This document shows positions 40,004-49,009 of a stretch of 64,000 nucleotides of DNA, piece by piece. Where the stretch lies: positions 30,369 to 94,368 of IMG/VR virus record IMGVR_UViG_3300028146_000008; one strand, written 5' to 3'. The DNA is from a virus. Position numbers and translations under genes: made by a program. The first letter of the stretch is position 1. The number at the start of each line of letters is the position of its first letter. Below the pieces are notes generated by a model. That model was not told the origin of the DNA and did no database searches. It worked only from the letters and a program-made list of their open reading frames with translations.

Positions 40004-40567
40004 TTATGCCGCTGCGGCGGTTCTTCCGTCAACAGCGGCTTGAAGTTTGCGGGCAAGAATGGTTTGCTCCCCCCGCGCCAATTCCGATATGGATTTCTTT
40101 CCTAGTTTGGTTAGCCGTTCTTTCGCATACTCCATAACCTGGAGATGTCGGCGGTGTCCTTCGATCTGTTGTTCGTAACGGTTGATGGTGTAGTTTAGGT
40201 CGAATACTGTGAAAGTGATGAATTTTTTTCTCCGGCCATTGATATCGTAACTGGCGTGGAGCACGCTGATCTCGATGTCAATCGTCTCTTCTTTTGGGCG
40301 CTCGATGGATATAGATCCTGTATATGAAGCTATTGGCTCTGTGTAGGATCTTGCTGGTATTCTCTCAACTCTGCTTTCTGGCTCGGGACGACGTTTTCCA
40401 ACCATCACAGAGCTAAGATGGCTCGCAAGTGCTTGTTGGGCCAGCGTTTTTATATCCGAGTCTGAGAGCGAAAGATCATCCCAGAATTTTCGGACGAGTT
40501 TGATTGCAGCCTCGTCCGAATTCCGAGCGTTTTTCAAAATGTAGTTAACTGACTGAGGAATGCTCAA
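40004..40567 (-). CDS. Hypothetical partner protein between the Cas7-like gene and the array
   Basis: GGAG SD, TTG start, 14 nt after the upstream stop. Confidence 0.7.
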   Translation of the reverse strand: MSIPQSVNYILKNARNSDEAAIKLVRKFWDDLSLSDSDIKTLAQQALASHLSSVMVGKRRPEPESRVERIPARSYTEPIASYTGSISIERPKEETIDIEISVLHASYDINGRRKKFITFTVFDLNYTINRYEQQIEGHRRHLQVMEYAKERLTKLGKKSISELARGEQTILARKLQAAVDGRTAAAA

Positions 40568-40581
40568 GATTTATCTCCAAG

Positions 40582-41229
40582 TTACTTCAATTCAAACAAA
40601 CCCCAGCCCATGCCAGCGGAGTTCTTGCTGTCGGGTCGGCCTTCGCCGATTCCGACTTGCTGGCCCACGCGCATCAGAAGGTTGGAAATATCTGCTGCCG
40701 TGAATTGGTCGCCATCCCAACGGATTTTAATTTTCGCGGACCAATCGTAATATGCGGGCCGAACACACAGATACGGCTGACCGGTTTCAACACGGGCAAC
40801 ATCTTCCTGCTTCGTCGGCTTCCCATAAATCCTGATGAGCGGGATTTGCGGTTCTTTGGCGTCCCGACCGTCCGCCAGCACGAAAATCGAGAGCTTGGCC
40901 AATGTCATTTTGAAGTTCACTAAACGGCAAGCTGAAATCATGGCGTTGCGAACGGATGCCGCGTGGAACCCATCCCATCCTTCTTCCGAGATGTATCGGG
41001 CTTCGTTGTAAATCTCGTTCGTATCTTTTGCTTCCCGATTTTTCTTGCTACCGGCAGCCTTTCCTGTTTCCATCTTCTGTTTGAACTGTTCTTTGAGCTT
41101 TTGGCTCATGCGGTGGATCACCAGCGGAGCGATCCCTTTAACTTCAAACATTCCATTCTGGAATTTTGGAGCTGGGATAGTTACGCGGGTCTTTGATTCA
41201 GATGTGGTGATTGTATTTGTCGTTGCCAT
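40582..41229 (-). CDS. Stand-alone Cas7/Csm3-like RAMP-fold protein
   Basis: FEVKGIAPLVIH (beta1), FHAASVRNAMISA (RAMP helix motif), C-terminal glycine-rich loop GIGEGRP...GMGWGLFE; AGGAG SD and TTGACA promoter near 41319. Confidence 0.7.
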   Translation of the reverse strand: MATTNTITTSESKTRVTIPAPKFQNGMFEVKGIAPLVIHRMSQKLKEQFKQKMETGKAAGSKKNREAKDTNEIYNEARYISEEGWDGFHAASVRNAMISACRLVNFKMTLAKLSIFVLADGRDAKEPQIPLIRIYGKPTKQEDVARVETGQPYLCVRPAYYDWSAKIKIRWDGDQFTAADISNLLMRVGQQVGIGEGRPDSKNSAGMGWGLFELK

Positions 41230-41627
41230 TGCTATTCTCCTGTTCAGCTAGTAGGCGGTTGTGTGTGCCTTTGGTGCCGAACAGTTCACACACTAACAGA
41301 GCTTAAATAGTCCTGTCAAGTGCTATTTTGTTTGATAATTCTGAATGTATTCGATTTCGACGTGCTTTTGGAGTTTTACTGCGCCGTTTTGGTTGGTCAC
41401 TGTGCGCGTCTATAACCTCTTGTCTTGGCAGTTCCCCAAAAGAAACTCCTGTTAGACCCAGTTTGTCCTCCGTCCGAAGAACAGGTAGGATGTGTTTCCC
41501 CATTTTCCCCTGCAGCGTGGTTAGAACTTTTAAAAATTCAGATTCATGCCACTTTACTGTTTCGGTTTCGATGATGTATCCGTTATTGATTTGTTCGATT
41601 GTTATTTTCATTTTTTCTCCTGTAAAA

Positions 41628-42200
41628 CTATTTTGTATATCTAGTTCTCGGGTCCCATCCGAACGGAACACTGATTACTGGTTTGCCTTCGGTTGGGTCA
41701 TGGATATGTTCCACGGTTACGGTCAAATCCCGAATGACGCCCCGAGCGAGGTCGCCCCAAATCTCGATACGGTCAATCTCGTCTTGTTGGCCGTCCAGAT
41801 ACGCCCTTTGAATATTGGCCTTTTCGATGGTCATCACGCGCGGCGTTTTCTGGGCCTTGGAAGATCGAACCAACCCCAGGTCTTCCGCCTGTTTGCCGCC
41901 CCATACTAGGTTCGGGTTCGGGGCGGGGAAGAATCGTTTCTTTTCTTCATTGAACCGCCACTCCGTAATCAGATAGTCCGCGATACCATGTTTCACCAGA
42001 ATTTCGGCTTCGTCGGTGGTCACGCGGTAACTACACCGGCAGTTTGGTTTGCGAGTCTCCCCTAGAACCTTGGCGGCGTCTTTCCAGAGTTTGTTGAAAT
42101 CTTCCTTAGTGAGATGACCGTCTTCGAGCCAGGGCTGGACAAATCGGAGCACCTTCTGTTGATCGGTACAAGCGTGAACGAGCGACGGGCGCAAACTCAT
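41628..42200 (-). CDS. Hypothetical protein
   Basis: 190-aa ORF coupled to its neighbours. Confidence 0.55.
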   Translation of the reverse strand: MSLRPSLVHACTDQQKVLRFVQPWLEDGHLTKEDFNKLWKDAAKVLGETRKPNCRCSYRVTTDEAEILVKHGIADYLITEWRFNEEKKRFFPAPNPNLVWGGKQAEDLGLVRSSKAQKTPRVMTIEKANIQRAYLDGQQDEIDRIEIWGDLARGVIRDLTVTVEHIHDPTEGKPVISVPFGWDPRTRYTK

Positions 42201-42844
42201 GCTGCCGCCTTCTGATACGCGGTTAGTTGTGCGATCCAGTCATAAAAATCGGCCACCGTTAAATTGGACTTTGCTCGATTGCAAACGGTACAGCACGGAA
42301 CTACGTTATCGAGTGTATAGTGCTTTGAACTGTCTACTCGATCCAAGCCGTTGTACCAGAATTCTGAATTCTTAATACCACGGCGGGCATAGGAATACAC
42401 GCTGCGCGGCCTCCCACCGCAATACACGCAAGGTTTCTGCGTAAGGGCTAGAAAAATGTCCTTTTCGATGTGCCACTCTAACCCACGTCTTTTTGCGGTT
42501 GTTTGGTAAACTTTATATACCGCATTTTTTGACGCTTCGCCAGGAGGCAGACTGCGCAGTTGTCTCAGTTTTTCTCTCCCTGCGGCGGTCGTTTGCCATT
42601 TTCGGTTTGCCATACATCCGCAACTAATCGGCGCGGTTGGCTTCAACATTATCATTCTCCAAAAGGTTCTCTCTTTCCCACAAACACACCGACATTTCAC
42701 TAAATAGCGACCTCGTGGGTCTTTAAATTCCTCCAGAATTTCGAGGTTGTTTATCTTTTTCCCAGTTAGCGTGATCTTGTTCCACGGTGTACGACCTTTT
42801 CGCGAAGATGTTAGTTTTCTAATAAAGAGAAACTTCCTTTCCAC
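42197..42844 (-). CDS. HNH-type homing endonuclease-like protein
   Basis: CRCVCG, SCGC, CVYCG, GLDRVDSSKHYTLDNVVPCCTVCNRAK. Confidence 0.8.
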   Translation of the reverse strand: MERKFLFIRKLTSSRKGRTPWNKITLTGKKINNLEILEEFKDPRGRYLVKCRCVCGKERTFWRMIMLKPTAPISCGCMANRKWQTTAAGREKLRQLRSLPPGEASKNAVYKVYQTTAKRRGLEWHIEKDIFLALTQKPCVYCGGRPRSVYSYARRGIKNSEFWYNGLDRVDSSKHYTLDNVVPCCTVCNRAKSNLTVADFYDWIAQLTAYQKAAA

Positions 42845-43230
42845 CTATTTCAATCACGTCTGCTGGCGAGGCTACCTCGGTCGTGTAATTATTTGGTTTT
42901 TCCAGTTCACTTTGTGAGGTAACGAACTTGGAGTGTTTTTCAAAAGGGTGGCCGTGGGTCGGGCAAGAGAGTCTTCGCGGCCAGCGTTTGGAACCAGGGA
43001 CGGGTTCGATTTTTAATTCGCATTGATCCGTGCATTCACTTGTGAACCGGAATTGGCTCATGGTCTTCCGTCCTCCCAACCTGCGGCGCGGCCCGCCTCC
43101 CACGCTTTGAATAGTGCATAGATAGTTCCTGAGTATTCAGAATCCCAACCGTCCGGATCGAATCGCTTGTACCAAAAAAGAAACTCATCACAGACTTCGA
43201 TGTTTTCGTTCTTCCACTCCAGAAATCGGC

Positions 43231-43620
43231 TCATACCACCACCTCCACTGTTTCACCGAACCGAAGTTGTTTCTCAGGATGGACGCTTCTTTTACCTAAA
43301 TGGCAGGCATAGCAAAGTCCGATGCTGTTATCTAAGGAATACAGACCGCCGCGTCCGCGATGAACCCGCTCGTGCATGTGAAACCCCGGTTTCGTGATTA
43401 TTTCCCCGCACCGGAAACACTCACCATCTTGGCGAAACCAAATGTCATCTCTGATGGATCTTACTGCGTCTGCTTTTTCCATCAGGATTACTTCCACGTT
43501 TAGTGGTACGGATTTCTCCGTTTTAAAGATTGTATATGGTTTGCCGAAACGGAGTTCCACCAGGACTTGGCTCATGTTTACGCTCGCCTTTCGCTTTGAC
43601 GAATCAACCGAACCACGCAT
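43231..43620 (-). CDS. HNH nuclease
   Basis: CFRCG...HMHE...GG.YSLDNSIGLCYACH. Confidence 0.75.
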   Translation of the reverse strand: MRGSVDSSKRKASVNMSQVLVELRFGKPYTIFKTEKSVPLNVEVILMEKADAVRSIRDDIWFRQDGECFRCGEIITKPGFHMHERVHRGRGGLYSLDNSIGLCYACHLGKRSVHPEKQLRFGETVEVVV

Positions 43621-43947
43621 GTTGGCGGAAAGCGCTCGTCAATGGCCGTAATACGCACCGCCTTGATTGGTTCACCAGCAACCCACACTTGCATGTTGCC
43701 GTGATACTTTTTCAAGCTTTTGCGAAGTTGCGCGACGGTGATCGAAGCCTGTGGTTTCATGCTGCGATCCGCATCCCTTTCAGAAGTTGTTTGTCATATT
43801 TACTGAGAACCAGAACGGAAGGGTCGAGCGCCTTAGCCACCGCATAGTGGGATTCGAGCAATCGTTTCTGGGCGGCTCGGATTTTAGCGCGATGAATTTC
43901 TTCTTCGTCGTTCCGCCATTTATTGAACTTGTTGATTTCTTCGTACA

Positions 43948-44643
43948 TCACTCCTCCTCTTGGTGCGTGGCCAAGTATTCCATGCTGAGTCTCAGCAACG
44001 CTTCCTTGGTTCTCACGGATTCTTTGACGCCTTTTTCAACCACGGGGTCGGTTCTTAGTGCTGCGCTAAAAGCCCCGTTTATTACTTGGCGTTCTTCGTT
44101 CGTTACAAAGAACCCTGATAGTTCATACCAAGTACCACTTTGTTCTTCCTGTGTCAAGTTATGATTTTGTGCTACGGACTTCCGTACATCAGAAACCGTC
44201 TTTGTCGGGTCCAATGCTTCCTTGATTACTTCGCTATTTGGCGGGAATCCGAGTTGCTGGGTTGCTTTTTTAAGCACATCCAGTTTAGAAATCCCCATTT
44301 GGTTCATTTGTTCTTCTTTTAAGTATGGCCGCATTTCGCGGACACTCGAAAAATACCGCCAGAGCTGGGTCTTGCCCCGATGGTACTTCGCCTGCAGGGA
44401 CTCCATGTATTTGCTCCAGCTCGGAAAGCCTGCTTCGCGCCAGAGTTCTTTTTCGCTCACCTCGGTCAGAAGCAACCCGAGCTTGGCGTAGCCGTGCTCC
44501 AACTTGTCCTCGGCGGCCAGCAGTTTTTGGATCAGATCGTCAATTTGGTCGAAAATAGTAATTGCCTCGGTTTCTAGGATTTTTGTCAATCCCGGTCCAT
44601 AAAAAGTCGGTTCACTTTGTGAAGTACTCAATTCCGTGCTCAT
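43948..44643 (-). CDS. Hypothetical helical DNA-binding-like protein
   Basis: AAGGAGG SD; LWREAGFPSWSKY, MGISKL. Confidence 0.55.
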   Translation of the reverse strand: MSTELSTSQSEPTFYGPGLTKILETEAITIFDQIDDLIQKLLAAEDKLEHGYAKLGLLLTEVSEKELWREAGFPSWSKYMESLQAKYHRGKTQLWRYFSSVREMRPYLKEEQMNQMGISKLDVLKKATQQLGFPPNSEVIKEALDPTKTVSDVRKSVAQNHNLTQEEQSGTWYELSGFFVTNEERQVINGAFSAALRTDPVVEKGVKESVRTKEALLRLSMEYLATHQEEE

Positions 44644-45143
44644 TCCAAATCCTCCTTATTAAAACTCCATCCACACTCATCGCACTCCCAGCCGCTCTTT
44701 CGGTTCAAAGGATTCACAAACGGGTACATCAAACCCCCGCATTCGTCACAGATCGGTCTTCCTTCGTCCCATTCGATGTCGTCATCTAGTTCAAGTCCGA
44801 ACATTCTTCACCTCTGTAGATCATTTCGTCACTGTGTGCATCTTTTATCCAGTTGCAGCGATACTTTTCATATTTTCCGCAATCGCCATAGCTTTCTTCT
44901 TTGCTCGGGTCTAATGCATCAATCTCAGCCTCAGTTTTTCCGAGTGCCCGTTCAAAAAAGAGAAACCGGTTACAGTTGCAGGAATAGTTCCCGTCTTCCC
45001 AGAGAAACCGGGTCGTTTCTTTCCAGCTATTCGGCTCCTTAAACCACACATCAGAGTCGGCGTGAACATCGAAATCTTCCTTCCAAACCACCGTGACGCC
45101 ATCCCGAACGCGGGTCAGAGAGACAAGGTAACTGCCTAGAATT

Positions 45144-47030
45144 TTAGTCGCTGTATTCGTCATATTTCCTTTCCAATAAACCAAAAGTGCATCGGGCACC
45201 GTCAAAATAAAGCTTTGTTGCTCTGGGTTCTGATTCTCGGGATTTGTCCAGCTTGACCGTTGTGACTGGATCAAAAATCGGAACGTTCGCGTCTTCGCCT
45301 GTGCTTTTACGATCCCGGTGCAGCAGAAAAACTTGGCTGGCATCGGAACCGAACGCTTCGGAGCCCTTCAAATCCTGAGTCACCATCTGCCGTCCCCGGT
45401 GCTGCGGCAATGCTTTGCGCGGCTGGCCAACCACGATAGCGATCACGTTGTAATCGAGCGCCATGTCCTTAATCATTCGCATAGCGTCCGCTTGGGCTTT
45501 GTTTTCGTCGCGCTCGTTACGGGTCAGAAAGTGCAAGTGGTCGATCACCACGATGTCCGCACCTAACCGGCGTTTCGCCCAGATCAGAAGTTCAACAACT
45601 TCTTTCCAGTTCGCGCCCGGTTTGTAGCCAACGTAAAATCGGGAATCCCCCATCAGCGCAGCGGCTGCGTCGAAATCTTCCTTTGCAATGTCGTCTTTGG
45701 GTTTGTTCAGTAAGTAAGCTGCCGCTCGGCGTGCGTACTGTGGCGGGAGAACTTCACCGGAGTAGTTCGCGGGGATCCGGCCAAACTTTACGGCGTTGTA
45801 GAGCAGTACATTCATCAACCAAGAGGTCTTCCCTGCCCCGGTCTCGGTCGCGGATATAGCAACCACATCCCCTGGTACGATAGAAGTCCAGCCGTCCACT
45901 TGTGGCCAAGGGAACCGTAACCGGTCGGCCCGCTCCATCGGCTTAGTGGAGTCCGCCTGCCGGAATGACTCCCGAATATCGAACATAAACGGCATGGGTT
46001 GCTCCAACCCACGCGCCATTGCGGTCTCGACCGTCGCTTTAAATACCCCTAGATCGCTATTAGCGCCCCGTAGGAAGGTTTCATTGGCATCCTTCATGCC
46101 GAGAGGCCAATCGACCTTAAAAGTCCTCTCCCGTAGCTCGTTCCAGAGTTTTGTCATTGCTGTCTGACCTGGAACGTCCGAGTCCCCTGCTAGGAAGATC
46201 CGGTTCGCAGCCAGCAGTTTGTCTTTTTCGTCGGCAGTCGGGTTGTAGCTGGCGCTCGGGTAAGCCACGGCGGTAAACCCGGCCTGGGTCAGAACCATCG
46301 CGTCCGGTTCGCCTTCGACCACGAACACGTCCGAGAAAGGGTCCACGCTCCGAAGATTGAACAAAGAGGGTTTCATTCCCTTTTTGTACAGAAACCCTTC
46401 TTCACCGGTTTCGGGGTGTTTCTTGCCTTGAATCGAGCGATACTTCAGTGCCGTGATTTGGTCGCCGTCGATGGTGGGAAAAACAATCCAACCTTGGTCA
46501 ACCCAGATGTGGTGCGGATTTACCGCTTTAGCTGACTGGACAAACCCAAGCCTAAACTTTTTTGCAGTTTCGAGACTGATTCCTCGTCCAGCGAGCCATT
46601 GTAGTGCAGCGGGTGTGTTTTCAAGGGCTTTTTCAGCGGGCAGGAGTTGTTCAACCGGAATAGTAACCGCTTCTTCCTTTTTAGCGATGCTCTTAAAAGT
46701 CTTTTCAACCTTTTCACTGCCTTCTCTCCACCCTAGAAATTGCTGGCACTTCTCCACGGCTTGCGGCCAACTCAAGTTGTTCGCTTTCTGAATGACTTGG
46801 ATTAAATTTCCCGAAAACTGGCAGCCGAAACAGTGCGCCATCAGAACCCCATCGTCTTCCTGACGGATCGTGAAACTCGGCGTTTTCTCGGAGTGGAGCG
46901 GACAATTTCCCTTGAACTCCGCGCCTTGTTGTTCCAGGCTCGGGACGAACTCTTGGACCAAGGAGACTAGGCCGCGCTCGCGCTTTAAGGATTCGATTTG
47001 TTTACTGGGGATCACAGTTCGTTTTTCCAA
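45144..47030 (-). CDS. DNA primase-helicase (CHC2 zinc finger, Toprim, SF4 helicase)
   Basis: CPLHSEKTPSF...CFGC; VVEGEPDA; GDSD; ETGAGKTS; VIDHLH; LKGS; KSR. Confidence 0.92.
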   Translation of the reverse strand: MEKRTVIPSKQIESLKRERGLVSLVQEFVPSLEQQGAEFKGNCPLHSEKTPSFTIRQEDDGVLMAHCFGCQFSGNLIQVIQKANNLSWPQAVEKCQQFLGWREGSEKVEKTFKSIAKKEEAVTIPVEQLLPAEKALENTPAALQWLAGRGISLETAKKFRLGFVQSAKAVNPHHIWVDQGWIVFPTIDGDQITALKYRSIQGKKHPETGEEGFLYKKGMKPSLFNLRSVDPFSDVFVVEGEPDAMVLTQAGFTAVAYPSASYNPTADEKDKLLAANRIFLAGDSDVPGQTAMTKLWNELRERTFKVDWPLGMKDANETFLRGANSDLGVFKATVETAMARGLEQPMPFMFDIRESFRQADSTKPMERADRLRFPWPQVDGWTSIVPGDVVAISATETGAGKTSWLMNVLLYNAVKFGRIPANYSGEVLPPQYARRAAAYLLNKPKDDIAKEDFDAAAALMGDSRFYVGYKPGANWKEVVELLIWAKRRLGADIVVIDHLHFLTRNERDENKAQADAMRMIKDMALDYNVIAIVVGQPRKALPQHRGRQMVTQDLKGSEAFGSDASQVFLLHRDRKSTGEDANVPIFDPVTTVKLDKSRESEPRATKLYFDGARCTFGLLERKYDEYSD

Positions 47031-47223
47031 GCACCCTCAAAAATGCAGCCAATCAGCAAAGGAGCGCACACAAACAACAGCCCAGCCCCGGCAACGGGAT
47101 ACCAGGGAACCATCCCCAGTAACCCTAAAACTCTTACAAGCCGAAACCGAGAATCCCCGGTCAGTTTTAACGGGAGCGCCACAATATTCTCAAAACTCCA
47201 CTCTAGCCACTCTTCACAGTAGA

Positions 47224-47845
47224 TCATATTTCGTACCTATGTGCTTCCTCGAATTCTTTCTCTTTAGCGATACGAGTCAGTTCTTTTTGAACGTTTTCAG
47301 TTGCGACGGCATTATTTTCGGCCATAACACTCTCTACAACTTGATCGGGTATCCTTGACGCCGCCGCTTTCGTTCTTACACCGATCACAACTTCCGCGCC
47401 GCCATCGGAGTAGAAATTCCGGGTTGCGTATTTCAATTCACGTTCTTCCAACCCACCCACATACTCCGCAAAAGCGTCGAACAGATCGTCTCCAGAAAAA
47501 CTCTGTAGGTTCTTGATAACGTCTGCTCGGATAGGCACGCGGCCCGTCAGAGTAAACGCCTGCGAAGAGAGTCGAACGATTTGTGGATTGTCCTGTTCTT
47601 CGGCAACCCCTCCTGGAACGGTGTTTGTCCGGAACCGGCTATCTACAACTTTTAAATATTCGGAAATTGGGTAAGCAAACCCTCGTTCTTTGACTGAAAC
47701 CGCCCAATCTAAAAAGTCTGCTCTGACCGCCTCCGTCCCATACGCGGCTTCCACGAGCTTCAGTCGATCCTTGTACTGCGGATGCACCCCTCTCGTATTC
47801 TTTAATTCCTTGGCTGCGATACGTTCCAAATCTTTAATCAGCATT
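47224..47845 (-). CDS. Hypothetical replication-region protein (start MLIKD)
   Basis: AGGAG SD; same frame as the upstream gene. Confidence 0.55.
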
Positions 47846-47857
47846 GCGCTCGCGCTC

Positions 47858-47955
47858 CTAACCAACACCAAACCTATCCAATACCAAACCAATACCAAAC
47901 CAATACCAAACCAGTGGGGACTCGTCCCGGACTATCCCGGATCAGTCCGGGATAA
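47858..47955. repeat. CCAATACCAAA x3 and TCC(C)GG repeats; possible replication origin
   Basis: Tandem 11-mers and short repeats at the end of an initiator-like gene. Confidence 0.55.
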
Positions 47956-48336
47956 ATCCTGTCTTTCTCCCATGAACAATTCTGAAGGCGGGTTCGGGGG
48001 CAGATTCTTGTACCGTGCTAAGTGCTTGGTAGAAGGCAACCTACCTTCTTTTTCGATTCCGATAAAATATCCCCAAGTCTTTCCTTCAGCCTCCCAGACT
48101 TGAACTAAACCCGCCTGAACCATAAGGTCTAGCAGTTCCTTAACCCGTCGCTTGGGCATCGCAGGGCACAAAAACGAGTAGACCTTCGTGAAAATGCGGT
48201 CTGGATCGGCCTCGAAGACCCCGTTTGCCTCAGCCAGTGGCAGCCAGTTGGCATAGTGCATCCGATACGTTTCGGGTAACTTCTTAACTTTATCGGACAG
48301 CCACAACGCATCCCCATCCACCACCCTTTTAGGCAT
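47932..48336 (-). CDS. Replication initiator-like N-terminal (winged-helix) protein
   Basis: MPKRVVDGDALWLSDKVKKL...AEANGVFEADP...LLDLMVQAGLV pattern; upstream of primase-helicase. Confidence 0.6.
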   Translation of the reverse strand: MPKRVVDGDALWLSDKVKKLPETYRMHYANWLPLAEANGVFEADPDRIFTKVYSFLCPAMPKRRVKELLDLMVQAGLVQVWEAEGKTWGYFIGIEKEGRLPSTKHLARYKNLPPNPPSELFMGERQDLSRTDPG

Positions 48337-48883
48337 AGGCGTCTGCCTCTTTTTCAGCTTCTTCTTCCGCCCAGTTAATGAGGATTAGCTGACTTTTGAA
48401 GGAGAACCAACCACTCCATGCTATATCTATAAGATCCTCCAGAACTGCAATCTTCCCGATCTCTCTTTCATAAGAAATGGGATCGAATTCTGTCTTTAAC
48501 TCTTCAAGGGTGCGCTTGGCTGAGTTAATCCGAGAGGCGATCAGGTTGTTAAAGTTACATTGCACCATGTTGATATAGTGTTCTTGCGCCGCTTGACGGG
48601 CGTCACTACTCAACTTAAAGCATTCTGGGCATTCCGCGCCGTGGCTGTGATCGGGGCACTCGACTACCTCCAACACCCCCTTGCCTAGATTACAGTCCTT
48701 GCAGGAAGTTATAAGGTTTTCTTCTTCGTCTTTCCCGCCTTTAGATCGGGCCTGAACATGATCTAAATGAAGACGAACCTCCGGGGCTTTCCGGCCACAG
48801 TATTGGCAGGTGTAATTATCCCTTTTGAAAACCAAAAATCTTAATCTAGGCCCGATAGCCACTTTTAATTTTCCCTGAACCAA
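48329..48883 (-). CDS. HNH endonuclease
   Basis: RDNYTCQYCG...LHLDHV...GG...NLITSCKDCNLGK. Confidence 0.88.
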   Translation of the reverse strand: MVQGKLKVAIGPRLRFLVFKRDNYTCQYCGRKAPEVRLHLDHVQARSKGGKDEEENLITSCKDCNLGKGVLEVVECPDHSHGAECPECFKLSSDARQAAQEHYINMVQCNFNNLIASRINSAKRTLEELKTEFDPISYEREIGKIAVLEDLIDIAWSGWFSFKSQLILINWAEEEAEKEADAYA

Positions 48884-49009
48884 AACACCGAGCGCACTTC
48901 AATAATACCCACACAGAAGGGAAGTCAATCCATCCAGAACCGTTGCAAAGGGTGCATTTATGTTCACACTGTTTCATTTTGGTTATTATACCATGTTTAG
49001 TGGATTTTT

